Source: Moniliella sp. 'wahieum' (Eukaryota). Taken from it: 64,000 bases of DNA. Both the position numbers and the translations under genes were made by a program. Below the pieces are notes generated by a model that saw only the letters and a list, made by a program, of their open reading frames with translations, was not told the DNA's origin and made no database searches. The stretch covers positions 124,001 through 188,000 of the forward strand of contig RSEE01000085.1 of the NCBI GenBank assembly GCA_003971905.1, written 5' to 3'. Below, piece after piece: positions 1-11,960 of the stretch; the first letter of the stretch is position 1; each line of letters starts with the position of its first letter.

Positions 1-65
1 CGCCCACGCACCATGCTCATCCTACCCGGGCCAGGGCCGAGAGCCTTCCGGTACTCCGCAGTGCC

Positions 66-927
66 ATGACTCCTCTATCGCCCCTGGCGGAACACTGTGG
101 ATCCCCCACCAAATCTGTCCACTTTGATGGCTCGCACTTGACCGACATTCGTGTTTTCAAACGGCACGGACGTCCCACCAGCGTCAACCGACTTGCCGGT
201 TCGAGCACAGGCACAGGCACGGGTACAGACACAGAAACCGAAACGGAGGATGAAGTGTCGTCGGAGCTAGAAGCGTTGCGGATGGGGTTAAGTTTGTCGC
301 AGTTGTGGCCAACGGAACGGGTGGGCCACCGTGCGAAGTCAGCTGGCGCGCGAGAACTCATCACGATCCCAGCGAGGTTAGGGGCGCTGTTGCGCCGCAG
401 TCGCGTGGCGCCGTTTACGTTGGCTCTGTTCTTGGTGGGCGAGGTGAGCAGGCGAGAGGGGCCCGTGTTACTGGAAGGCGTGCGCTTGACCCGCGACGCA
501 CGGCATGTGGAAGGGTACGTGCGCGTGGCCAATTTGGCGTATACCAAGCGCGTAGCTGTGCGCTACACGTTTGACCAGTGGCTCAGCACCAACGAAGTGG
601 CAGGAGAGTGGGTCATGTCGATTCGGCCGGGTGGTCCACCACTGCTCTGGCGCGAGCGAGACAAGCGCGATCGCGACCTTACCCACTGTCTGTCCTGCTT
701 CCTCCGACGCAGACGTAGGCTGGGACCGGTTTCACTTTACCCTCCGCCTGGACCAGCTGGTGGTGGCGTGGCAGCCTGGCCAACACAAACGCATCCAACT
801 CGCCATTCACTACACGTTACCTACCGCCGAGTACTGGGACAACAACCTAGGCTCCAACTTTGTCTTTGATCTGGTCCAGCAGCCCATGCAACTTCCCTCC
901 GAGCTGGCGCCAGCACAGCAGCCGTAG
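66..927 (+). CDS. CBM21-domain protein, glycogen-targeting PP1 regulatory subunit (Gac1/Pig-like); frame change or intron near 630-712
   Basis: RVxF-type motif KSVHF...IRVF; CBM21 motifs GYVRVANLAYTKRVAVRYTFDQW, WDRFHFTL and EYWDNNLGSNF spread over ORFs 66-869 and 571-927. Confidence 0.8.
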
Positions 928-1435
928 GATCCCTGTTACCTTCCCGTCCCACACGCATCAGGGTAGGACGTGCTTAGAACGGCCTACCAGGAAACTATAT
1001 GCAGCTGTTGTCTTCGTGTAGCAAGCAGAAAGTAAATTGGCAAGGCAAGAGGCAGGATCATGAGCGACAAGAGTAGGAATGCCAGGGCGTGCCGGGGCGT
1101 GCGGGGCTGGCTGCGGAGAGGGCGATGAGCACGGGGACGGGGAGCGTGCAGGGACCAGAGCAGAGCAAGGGCGGGAGTCAAAGGGAGAGAGAAAAAAAGA
1201 AAAAAGAAAAGGGTCCGACAGGACGCGGGGGTATCACGACAGCCAAGAGGGGTGGGGGGAGGAAGAAGATCGTGGACGGTGGAAGGAGCGTGGAGGCCAA
1301 CGCTGGCAACCGAAGGAGCACAGCATTTTTTATCGTGTAGAAGAGGAATAACAGAGCGCCGGGCATGTTATGCCAATGAAATGGAGTCCGCCTTGGCGGT
1401 GGGCAGAGGGATCAGGGGAGGAGAGGAGGAGAGAA

Positions 1436-3565
1436 TTACAGTGCTGCGTCCAGCACGGCTCGCACGTCAGTAACGTTGGCCAAATCCAGTAGGAATGGGC
1501 ACATGTCCAACAACTCCGTGTCGTGCGGGTCGGTAAACCAGGAGGAGACGGGGACCGCATTGGTGGGGTGGAAAATGTAGCTGGCAGGCGAGTTGTCCAG
1601 CAGGATGCAGTCTGCTAGGGGCCGGCCGAGCTGGGACAGATCTTTGACGTACGTTCCACGGTGCTGGTAACAGTGTTCCCGGAACAGACGGTGGGTGACA
1701 ACGTTATGAATGTCGAGCAAGTCCAGGACAGGGTCGGCGTACTGCAGCAACAGTTAGTTAGTTTCTCTGCTCTCGCTCACGGCAGCAAGGCATAAATAAA
1801 CATGGCGGGGGAAGGGCGTACCTTGCTCAGCGAAGCAGTAAAGACCACAATCTCAAACACCTCGCCCATCCGACGCATAAATTCATCCACCCCCGGCCGC
1901 TTGGCCACATACACCTCATGCACCACCTCCTCAATCTCCACTGGCACAATAAAGTCGGCATTGGGGATGTACCGAAAGGAAGAGTGGACCAACGTCTCGT
2001 CCAAGTCCAGCACCAGGCATTTTTTCTGTCCTACCAATTTGGGCAAGAGTGGCCGAGGGTTGCCCGCGTCGTCATGTGGGATTCCAGCTCCGCCTTGGGA
2101 GATGAGGCGCTGTTCCTCCTCCATCTCCCATTGCATCCATTGCTGGTCCAGCTCGGCCTGGCTTAGTTCGTACCCTTGTACCACCCTCTTCTCCCTCCTC
2201 CTCGGTATCGCTAGGGCCGCCGAATTGCTCGCCGGCCGGGACATCAGGGACCAATTCCTCCTGCTGCAGATCCTGTGGCTCTTGCTGCAACTCCACTTGG
2301 TCCAACAAGATCCGATCGGAGGACTGGGATACACGCGGGAAGCTTTGCGAGTGCCGCTCCAGCGTCGGGGTGGGAGGATTGGTGGGGGGACTAAACGTCG
2401 CGCCGGGCGGCACCACCGCCCCCGACAGCACATCCTCCGTCTCTTCCCGCGGCAAAATCGTGCCGCCCAACATGGTATAAAGGCCGCTGTTGCGTGTGGC
2501 CTGGGTCCGCCGCGAGTCGGTAGAGGGCCGGGGACGCGAGCCGGGAGGAAGGTGCAGACCCGAGGGCGTGGGCGGGGTCGAGACTTGACCCGTGCTCGGC
2601 GTCGGCGGCACAGGTGTCCCAGTCCGGGTTGGGCCGGGGGTAGGACGAAGAGGAACGGTGCGGCCTGCTGGGCAATCGTGGTGTCGATAGGCGCCGGACG
2701 TGGGCAGGGGCTGGAACTGGCATTGACGCTAGGGGTTGTGCGGTAGTCCGCAGAAGTTTCCTCTTGGTGGCTCGACGTGGCCTCCAGACTGGGCGGCTTG
2801 GTAGCGACCTCGGGAAGCGCAGGGGAAGATGCGACGGGCAGGGTAGGTGGCGCTGGAGCTGGGGCTGGGGATCTGGTGGAGGCAGCCTCCGGGGAGGGGG
2901 TGGTAACGTCGCGCTTGGTGCCCTTGCCGACAGTCGAGGCGATCGTTGCAGGGACGCCGACAGTGGACACACTCGCCATCTCGGCCTTGGCCTCGGTATC
3001 GGCATGGCGGGAGGGGCTGGAGTGAGGGTGAGGCTGAGGGTGGGGGGAGGCGGAGGGGCGTGGTCGTCGTCGTGGGCCATGGTGGCTGTGCTGCGGCTGG
3101 AGGCGCAGGTCAAGGCATCGACGAGACGCTGGAGGAGGGGGGGCTTGTTGCCCTTGGGGGCACAGGGCGGGCTCGCGGAGCGGCTGACTCTGGGCGAGCT
3201 GTTGGGGACGGACGGCAGGGTGGTGCGCTCGTGCACGAGCGGCTCTCGCCTGTTTGTGGCACTGGGTGGGGCAGCGCCGAGGCCGATGGCAGCTCCGGCG
3301 CTGCGACGGACGCTGTCGAGGGGGGGGGCTCCGTGGCTGCGGGCGGGGGCGGGGGCGGGGGCGTGGGTGGACGGGGGAGGGGCAGGGGCGGCGGGGCGGG
3401 CGCGGTGGCGGGCACGGACGCCGGCGGCGGCGGCAGGACAGCGGCGGCAGATGGGCTGGGACGGGGAGGCGGAGGGCAAGGCGCGCATGGCGCTGCTGGC
3501 TGCGCAGATGCACGCGCGCCATCTGCTCAGCCGCGTGCAGCGCATCCGTCGTGCGCGCATCCGCA
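1436..3565 (-). CDS. PSR1: Psr1/Psr2-type NIF (FCP/SCP) HAD phosphatase with long low-complexity N-terminus; start uncertain
   Basis: [65 protein letters not shown] intron 1742-1821 with CTAAC branch site. Confidence 0.9.
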
Positions 3566-3949
3566 TCGGCGGCGGCGGCGGGGGGGACGGGGCGGGCGTG
3601 GGCCCGGCGCAGCGCCCACCACCTGGCCGGGCACGACCTGCGTAATCAGCTGGGCAGCACTCATCGCGATGGCGCACTCCGAGGGCAGGCGCACGACGGA
3701 GGAGCGGCGCATCGCCAGCAGCCGCCTCCCGCCATCGCCACGCCGGCTGCCCCACCTCGCTGAGGTCAGCCGCTGCGCTGCCGCCCTCCGCCGCCCGCGC
3801 GCTCCCCGGCAAAGAGCACATGGTACGCCGGCACGTGCTCTTACTAATCCCCCCTCTGCCCGCCGCATCCAGCCGCACGCCGCATCCACCCAGACGCCAC
3901 ATCCACCAGACGCCACCTCGCCTCGCCGCGGCACAGCCGGTGCGCCGCC

Positions 3950-4498
3950 ATGCTCGTGCCCCCTCCCAACTTCGGCATGGTCGAGGAGAACCTGTACCGC
4001 AGCGGCCACCCCGAGCCACTCAGCTTCCCCTTCCTCGACAAACTCATGCTCACCAGCGTCATCTGCCTCGCCCCCGACCAGCCCGACCCCGCCTTCCTCG
4101 ACTTCTGCACCGCCCCCACATCACCCTCCACCACCTCGGCGTGCTCTACCACACCAATGCCTGGGACCCCGTCACGGAGGAGATGGTGCTGCAGGCGCTC
4201 ACGCTCCTCGTCGACCCCACCTCCTACCCCGTGCTCGTCATGGACAACCTCGGCCGCCATCGCACGGGCACCGTCATTGGCTGTCTGCGCAAGCTCCAGC
4301 GGTGGAACCTGTCCGCCATCCTGGAGGAGTACCGCCGCTATGCCGGTCCCAAAGTCCGCGTCATGAACGAACAGGTGTGTCTCTGTCCCGTCCGGCGTGC
4401 GTGCCGACCTCTGCTAGCTGCCAACAGCAATGCTGACCCAACCGCGAGTCCAGTTCATCGAGCTGTTTGATGATGAGCTTGTCTTTGGAATAAGCTAG
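3950..4498 (+). CDS. OCA1: Oca1/Siw14-family (Y_phosphatase2) protein with Asp at the catalytic Cys position
   Basis: MLVPPPNFGMVEENLYRSG; YPVLVMDNLGRHRTGTVIGCLRKLQRWNLSAILEEYRRYAG; frameshift near 4110; intron 4375-4453; last exon FIELFDDELVFGIS*. Confidence 0.85.
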
Positions 4499-5376
4499 CC
4501 CCCCCCGTCTCCTGGCCTTGCCTCGCTTCGCCTCGCTTGTACTTGTACTCGTCAATTCGTGCATCCGTCCACCCAGCCTCTCCTCTCCCATCTCCCATCC
4601 CCTGTACACTAGTAACCCCGCTCTTTGGGGCCTGTGGCCAGACGCCAACCCATGATCAACTCCACCCAAGGAGCTGCATCCATTCCTCAAGAGTCTTAGT
4701 CACTCGGATGTCCTTTATGGCTGTACGCTCGAGCTGGTTAACCTCCGTTTTGAGGAGTAAGCTCAACCTTTTGCTCGTCGTATGCCAGCCTTCCCCCTCC
4801 TCCGCCCACCCTCAAACACGACCTTCACCAAGTGTACGAGTCCGCGGAGCATGATGCATGAACGTTAAGCGTTGAATTTTGGGTTCTACTGGATGTGGAT
4901 GATATATGGGTTTCCCCTCGGCGTTTGTATTACCGTTCTAGAACCATTGACGGATGTGGTCAGGAGTCAGGCCGCAGGTAGTAGAGTATCGTGGGGTCGC
5001 TTCTGTAATAAGTGGACACATGCTATCCCCCGCAAAGCACATCTTGAACGTCGACAAAGTGGACCCATGTCCCCGCATCTTCTCACAGTCCTCTCGCAGC
5101 TGGTATATCTCCTTTCCTCTGTCCTACATCACCAGGCAGTCAACCAAAAGCAATCCGTTTCATGTGGCGTATGGTCACATCATCAATCGCCAGTGTCTGT
5201 GTGTGCAAGTGTCGTGAAAGTGAGTCGTACGCTCCCTAGGGAAGAATGGGAATGTCGAGAATGCAGGAATCAAAGAAGAATGTGAAATCGCTTGAAGCTT
5301 GATGCGGCGCAACCTGGAAGACCGCTACGCGTTGCGCCGCATACGTGGTTCCTTGTGCAAGGAGCTGTTGTACTGA

Positions 5377-5843
5377 TCAGAGGCCGCAGTTCGACGCAGC
5401 AACCTGGATCGCTGTCACATCCACCCGCCAAACTGCACGGCGTTGTTGTTGGTGAGGGTGTTCATGGCGGCCTCAGAGGAGACAAAGCTGCCCTTTCCGG
5501 CATCAATGCCGGTAAAGTAGATGCTCGTGTCATTGTACGAAAGTTCCCAGCACGATCCACAAGAGGGACTATCCCAACCCGCGATTGTCGGCGCCCCACC
5601 CACGTTGGGGAAGCTGGGAAGGTCGCCAAAGGTGGTGTATCCTTGGTGATCAGGCCGTTTTTCCCGTCCGAGCAGGAAACAGTGGTGAGTTCTCCTTTGG
5701 AGTTGTCATAGGTAGTGTCGTAGCCAAGCGAGGCGTGTGGCGCGAACGCGAACCAACTGTTGGGGCAAGGCCAACACCGCCGGAACTGCCGTCGCCAGGG
5801 CGCCAGCAAGGAGGAGGGATGAGGGGGAAAGAGAGAACTGCAT
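5377..5843 (-). CDS. Cerato-platanin family secreted protein (SnodProt/Epl1-like)
   Basis: Signal peptide MQFSLSPSSLLLAGALATAVPAVLA; YDTTYDN..LTTVSCSDGKNGL, IAGWDSPSCGSCWELSY, IDA, AMNTLTN, QVAASNCGL* (four conserved Cys); several 1-nt frameshifts. Confidence 0.9.
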
Positions 5844-7412
5844 CGTGCGGTGTGTTTGAAACGGTGTCCAGGGAAGAGGGCGAGAGGAAGATGAGAAAGT
5901 GGGAGAGTGTTTGTTGGGCTTGAAAGCAAGAGGCGGATAGGGGTAATTGGTTGGGATGAATATGAGGGGCAACTCAACAACGACGGTTCTTTTATACGAC
6001 TTGTGCTGTTGTGGATGGCAGTGTGGTATTGGCTCTGTAGCCTACTTTAGATGAGTGGGGCGCTTGTGTCTGCTGCGTGTCAATACTATTCATGGTACCG
6101 CACAACAAAAAGTATATATGCACACCCGTGAGCTTATACCTCTCTCCCTCTCTTTTGGCCGTTCACCCTCGGAGCACCGCGGCACACATGATCGACACAC
6201 CGACCGATCGGCCCTAGGTGTATTACCGCGCCGGGATCAATTAATGATTGATCAAAACGTACTCAACAACGGACGGGAAATACACGTGCATGACCGCGGC
6301 GGGGTAACCGAAAAGACCCGTTAGCCACCACGGATGTGAAGGCCTGTGGACATCTATAATTCTGTAATGCGTTTTGGGCAAGGAAGCCCGACGACCGGCG
6401 GATCCACGAGGGGACAGAAATGTCTCACAGCTGGGTGGGTGTGAGATCTGAGATGGATGTAAAAAGATCCCGACTGTTTCATGCACTTGTGCATTAGGCC
6501 CCGCATATTATAGCCGTTAGGCCCAAATTAGGCGAATATCTCTCAAGGGTATGCTCTCAATATCATTATAGCGGGGGGTTGGGCGGGGGCGTAATAGCGT
6601 GGCGCCCTCTGTGTTCATACCAAGCAGTGGCCCATGCAGTGTGGGCTGAGTGCGCTGCTGAGTGTGGGGCAGAGCGCGGTGAAACTGCGAGCGCCAAGAG
6701 TTAAAACGCTGAGTTCAGTGTGGCAACTATTATGGTGTGATGCCTGTGAGGCCTGAGGAGTATACCAAAAGGGACACAACATAAGCATCGTTATGCTCTC
6801 TGCAAAACGATGAACCAGATGTGTCACCGCCGCCAACAGCTCAGCTTGGGGTAAGAGAACAGCTCATAGAAGGAAAAGGCACTGTAAATGTCTGGTCTCC
6901 AACTGTGGGGTTGGCTGAACGTTGAACCTATCATCAGCACACGCCGGATGTCCGAAAGCCTGATAATGGGCCGCGCGTTTCCGTTCCCAGCCTTATTAAG
7001 CTCTGTGTACATGATGTACGAGCTACAAGATCCGCAATGGGGTCGCGAATGCGTCTGCGAACTAGTAGGAAGCCTAAGGATCGGGTACAATATCATGCAG
7101 CATGCTGCTCCACTTTGGCTACCTGTGGCGGCATAAGATTGTCCGGTGGCGGGACAGGCTAAGGGTAAATTGGCGTGTCACTAGGAGCGAATACTGATCC
7201 GCCTTAAATTTGAACACACGCTGGCGAATTGCAATGTTGCACAACTCTAGCCGCTTCCTCGATTCCGCACCTGGTTCCGCTGCCTGGATTAGAGTTGGCG
7301 AGGCCGAGAGGGCCATTGCCCCCCTCCCTCACCACCGCCACCGCCACCTCCACCTCCATCCTGCCCCACCCCCATCTCATCTGCTCTCCGCATCTCCTCC
7401 TCCGTGCTTCTT

Positions 7413-9422
7413 ATGGCCCAGAGTGTCCCGCCCGACGGCACAATGGATGTCCTCTTGGACAGCCAGGGCGTGTATCTCCTGTCGGACTTGGCTGACACTC
7501 CGTCTGTCCGCCACTCGGGCCACTCGATCGCCTCTGAGCGCCGCGAGCGAGCGACGGCGGTGACGCTCATCCTCAAGGTATGCGACTACCTGCGGCTTCC
7601 CATCAACGTTGCTTCAGCCGCCGCCATCTACCCACCGGTTCTACATGCGCTTCTCTCTTCCCACGCGGGCGCCTGTCCAGGGCGAACGTTTCCTGGGCCC
7701 GAAGTCGCTGCCACTGCGTTTTCTTGGCGTGCAAGACGGAGGAGGTCCCGCGCAAGCTGGCTTCCGTTGTCGAAGCCATCATGGCTCCCTTGACAAGACG
7801 GAGGAGGGAAAGGAGGCGTTTGACCACCGCGAATTTGCCCGCAAGTTTGGTCGTCTCCTCGTTCGTGGTCAGGGGCCGTACGAAACCCATTCCTGGCGCA
7901 TGATCATTGACGAACACGATCTTCGTCCTGGCGAACGCATGGACGAGAAAACTATGATCGCGGTCCGATGGCGGCGCAAGATTCTCCATACTGAAATGCG
8001 TGTCGCCGAGTCGACCGCGTTCGAGTTTATCCATCGTCACCCGCACACCTACCTTGTTGCTGCCGCCCGCAAGGTCAGCATGGATCCGGTTCTCTTTGAC
8101 GCTGTATGGTGGGGTTGATGGATGTGTGAGTGCACTTCTTTTTGTTTTTTTTCTGTCCTGTCTACATCGTGACTTACCTTCGGCCCTAGTCTCCACGACC
8201 CCATTCTTATCATCTTCAGCCCTGGCAGCCTTGCAGCGGGCATGTACCTCCATGCCTGCCGCTGCTGAAACGCTCACCGTTCCCCTCGTCTGAAGACAAA
8301 GATGGGAGCGAAGATGACTGGCGCAATACGTTTGCTGCTTCACGGGAGGAAGTGGAAGAGTCGTTACAAGGAATTCGTGATTTGTACCATGTCGATGCAA
8401 CCAGTCTGGTCAAGGTCCCTGCCGACTTTAAGAACAAACTGCCTGAGCTCTACCGCAAACTGCTTGACCGGCAAGCTCAGATGAAAGCGGCCCAAGAAGC
8501 TCATGCTCAGCAAAGGATGGCCGCCCTGCATCCGCCTCCCCCGGTTGCTCCACCTCCCTTGACCAACCATTCACCCCTCAAGCGGGCGCATGACGAGGAT
8601 TCAGAGGGGGAGAAGCGTCCTCGTTTGGATCGGGGACGTGCACATGCCTTGGTAAGCCCCAACTTGTCACTCAACTATGGCGATCCCACCGCGGCGGAGC
8701 TGCCTACCGGCGGAGCTAATTCGACCAGGCCTGTTCCCACCCTCGTCTCTCCTACTCTCCCATCCGATGCCGTTCAGCACCCGCCTGCTGGTCCGTCTGG
8801 GACCGACGTGGTACTCGAGCGAAGGCGCTCCCCAATTCCTGAACGCCGTTCACCCGGGACGGATCCCTTCGTCCTCCCCGTGCCAGCATGCGAAGCCCTC
8901 GCCCCCCTCCTTCTGGAAGAGCCTTTGGCGAGGCACCACCTGGTCCAGCGCATGACCCGGGCCGGGGCGACCACTCCTTGTCGCGCGCACGCTCTCCCCG
9001 GGAGGGCTGGACCACGGGACCGGCCCCCCTGGCCCCGGGACGGACGAGATGGCCGGGACGGGTGGCGGGATGGCCGTGGCTACGACCAGGGTGATTGGGG
9101 CCGAAGGGGAATCGGCGAGCGGGAGGGCCCCGTGCGCCTCGAGGTCCGAGGTATGATGGCCCGAGCAATGCGTATGGGTCGGCGCCTTCGGGCTCGGGGC
9201 GGTACGGGGAACGGGTACCAAAGTCGAAACGGATATGGTTCAGGTACGTTACCCCGGTTGGCGTTGGAGCGGCCCTTTGCTAACGACCGATATGGTACTG
9301 CGCAGGGTGGAGAAGGTAGTCATTCGTCATTATCCCTATGGAATCCAACTGAACGCGCATATTTACACTGTGCATTCCCCGGGGGAACAGAATGTAGAGC
9401 CAAAGAGAGCCACAAAGAGTAG
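7413..9422 (+). CDS. Transcriptional cyclin (cyclin T/K, Pch1/Bur2-like) with low-complexity R/G/D-rich tail; 3' end uncertain
   Basis: Cyclin box: LKVCDYLRLPINVASAAAIY-HRFYMRFS, CVFLACKTEEVPRKL, WRRKILHTEMRVAESTAFEFIHRHPHTYL; probable intron starting about 8126 (GTGAGT); frameshifted. Confidence 0.8.
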
Positions 9423-9517
9423 AGAGGACAGGACCAGGTGAGAGACAACTGGGGTGCATGAACATGGGAGAAAAGGAAGGGATGTACTTGCCATCCGTCA
9501 CGAGGATCACGGGTATC

Positions 9518-10302
9518 TTAGCGACGAAGGAAGTCAATGCTCAAGTCGAGGCAGACCAGGTCCTGCTCGGCCTGGGACGTGCCACCAACGTGGACGTTGA
9601 ACTTGGCCGGCGGAATTTCGCGGGGAAGCTGAACCGTGTGCTCAATCTCGTAGAATCCGGGCTGAAGTGGGCACTGGAGCTCGGCATTGTTTTCTTGGCC
9701 AGCTGGCAGAGGTCAAACCGTTTGCTCAGCAACTTGATAAGGCCCAGCTTGACCACCACATCGACATACGTCCCTTCCTAGTGTGTGTTTGTTTCGTGAG
9801 ACAGAAGGCCCAGGTAAGTTTCGTAGGAGTGCAAACCACCCAGGCAGGGAAGAGAAGAGAAGAGAAGAGGAAAGAAGATACACATACGTCTACCAAGGAC
9901 CGCACCAGGCCGGCGCCCTTGACAGTTAGCGACTGACCGGGCTGAGGGGGGTTGGGGAATACGTCTACCCGGTCCACGCGCAACGCATCACCATCGAGCT
10001 CGCACGAGGCCCAAACCCAGCTGGAGCCAGAAGCAGACGCAAGAGAGGACGCCTTGTTGAGCTTGAACGCAGCCTCGTTCGCCTTCTGCGCCACATGGTC
10101 CAGGCCCCAATCAATGCTGATGCCCGCCTTGTCGGCCTCGGCTTGAAGCACATCGACAAAGTCTGGCTCCGGCTCTGGCTGGAGGGAGGGGACAGCGATC
10201 CGGAGCTGGTTCTGTCCCTGGTCCTGGGCGGAGGGGAGGGCAAAGACGGCCGTGCTGGCGGCCAGCAGGACGGTGAGCGTGGCGGTGAGGGCGGGGATGC
10301 AT
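9518..10302 (-). CDS. NPC2: ML-domain phosphatidylglycerol/phosphatidylinositol transfer protein (NPC2)
   Basis: Signal peptide; WASC..VDVFPNPPQPGQSLTVKG; intron 9778-9887; EGTYVDVVVKLGLIKLLSKRFDLC, CPLQPG, LPREIPPAKF, LVCLDL. Confidence 0.9.
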
Positions 10303-10614
10303 GGTGCGGTTGGTGGCGAGAGGCGGTGGCGCGAGGGGCGGCCCAGCCGCAGCCCAGCCACCGCCCGCACCGCTTGAGGGGACAGGAGGCCCAGAGTGTG
10401 AAATGTTCACTGGCACCCCGCACGTGACGCGATGTGTGATGATCGATGATCAGGAGAGTGGCTGCTGACGTAACGGATCCACCCGCCGATTTCTTCTTGG
10501 CGGCGGCAAGCAGTCACGCAGTCACCCCAGCTGACTAGCTGGGCCACCGGTTGCATCTCAGAGCAAGCCGTGTCCGGCACCACCCGCGTGGTTGCTAGCT
10601 CCACCATCCCCACC

Positions 10615-11459
10615 ATGCTGGCCAGCCTTGCTGCGAGGCGAGTGTTTCCGCGTGCAGCGTCCGCGCTGGCCGTCCCTCGCGCTGCTGCTCTCCGCCCGCT
10701 GCGCATCTCCGCCCTGCTCGCCTGCTCTCGGACGACTCCAGCCCGCAGCGCCGCCATCGTGCCGAGGCAGGCGTTGCCCCCAACAGTGACCCGCACCTTC
10801 CTCCTGTTGACCGAAAGGCCAGCGACCAGGCCCAGGAGATTTTGCGCACATCGCAAGATCCGAGTACACCGCTTAGCTTTGCCGATGGCCTTGCCCCCGA
10901 TGCGTTTGACCACCTGGGCCAGCCACCCGCCGACTTTGGCGCCTGGGCCCGCCCGAGCCAGCCGGCGGTCGCGACGCTGCCATGGGAAGTGTACGAGGTG
11001 GATCCATCGTTGTTTGACCACAAGGCTCAACGTGCGCCCGATGTGCACCCACTCATCAATAAGATGATTGGGATGATGACCAAACGCGGCGACCGCACCA
11101 AAGCAGAGCGCGTCGTGGCCGCTGCGTTGCAACGGATTGCCATTGCCACCAACGATTCTCCTCTTCCGCTCTTTGTTGAGGCAGTGAAGCAGGCCAGTCC
11201 CAATGTCGATACAGTATCTACCAAGCGTGGTGCCAAAGTCATTCACACCCCGCGTCCGCTCACGGAATCTGCCTCGGCCCACAAGGGAATCAAAGCCATT
11301 CTCAGAGCCGCCTTCCGCAGGACAGACAAGCGATACGAAGACCGTATCGCCAAGGAACTTCTCGCTGTTGTCGAAGGCCGCTCGAGTGTGCTGCAGAAAC
11401 GTCTCGAGGCCCACAAGAACGCACTTGCCAACCGTGCGAACCTGTCGGTCCGGATCTAG
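10615..11459 (+). CDS. RSM7: Mitochondrial ribosomal protein uS7m
   Basis: Arg/Ala-rich presequence MLASLAARRVFPRAAS; uS7 motifs LINKMIGMMTKRGDRTKAERVV, AVKQASP, KRGAKVIHTPRPL, IAKELL, AHKNALANRAN. Confidence 0.9.
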
Positions 11460-11687
11460 GTGCTACCGGACAAGCTACCCATCTACAACGTCATTCCCAT
11501 ACCAAATATCTCATGATTCATGCCATAGTCCAAACGATGGGCTGGCTATTCGGGTGCCAGAGCTGCTTCGTTTCACTCGGCCTGCGTCCACTTGCCACAA
11601 CAGTAACCATACAAGGTGGGAATCCTGTCAGAACGATTTGCCGGCAAATATATAGGGTCACGACACTTTTTCTACTTGCAATCATAA

Positions 11688-11781
11688 GGCATCGTGGTGT
11701 AGTTGGTTGGTTATCACGTACGCTTCACATCCTGAAGCAACAGGTCTCGTTGAGACGCGTAAGGTCCCGGGTTTTCGACCA
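11688..11781 (+). pseudogene. Degenerate intron-containing tRNA-Val(CAC)
   Basis: A-box TGGTGTAGTTGGTT(GGTT)ATCAC; anticodon arm TACGC-TT-CAC-A[26-nt intron]C-GCGTA; AGGTCCCGGGTT; 3' T-stem missing and acceptor strands do not pair; T5 terminator follows. Confidence 0.7.
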
Positions 11782-11905
11782 TCTTTTTAGTGTCTCCGGT
11801 AGCCGATGGGATAATCAACCCCACCCTTTTTAATTTCAACCTGCCAAGTTCTACCCCCATATCCACTACAGAAAGAGCCTAACCCTGAGGCCTGACGGGC
11901 TCCTC

Positions 11906-11960
11906 TTCTGGAATGCAACCACCATCTGCGTCATCGATCATCCCTGCTCCCTTTCATAGG
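11906..11960 (+). repeat. Left copy of direct repeat (42 bp plus a 13-nt insertion)
   Basis: TTCTGGAATGCAACCACCATC[TGCGTCATCGATC]ATCCCTGCTCCCTTTCATAGG. Confidence 0.9.

Noticed and set aside
2391..4436. Long overlapping ORFs on both strands (about 500 aa), also at 23.4-24.7, 41.4-42.4 and 57.9-59.3 kb
   Set aside because: Shadow ORFs from very high GC and few stop codons; no domain signal beyond the annotated genes
1436..4498. Functional gene cluster (CBM21 PP1 subunit, Psr1 and Oca1 adjacent)
   Set aside because: Three unrelated phosphatase-linked families; adjacency is plausible by chance without synteny or co-expression data
6590..6615. Possible Tc1/mariner TIR end (reverse strand CAGAGGGCGCC)
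   Set aside because: No partner inverted repeat, no TA target site and no transposase found
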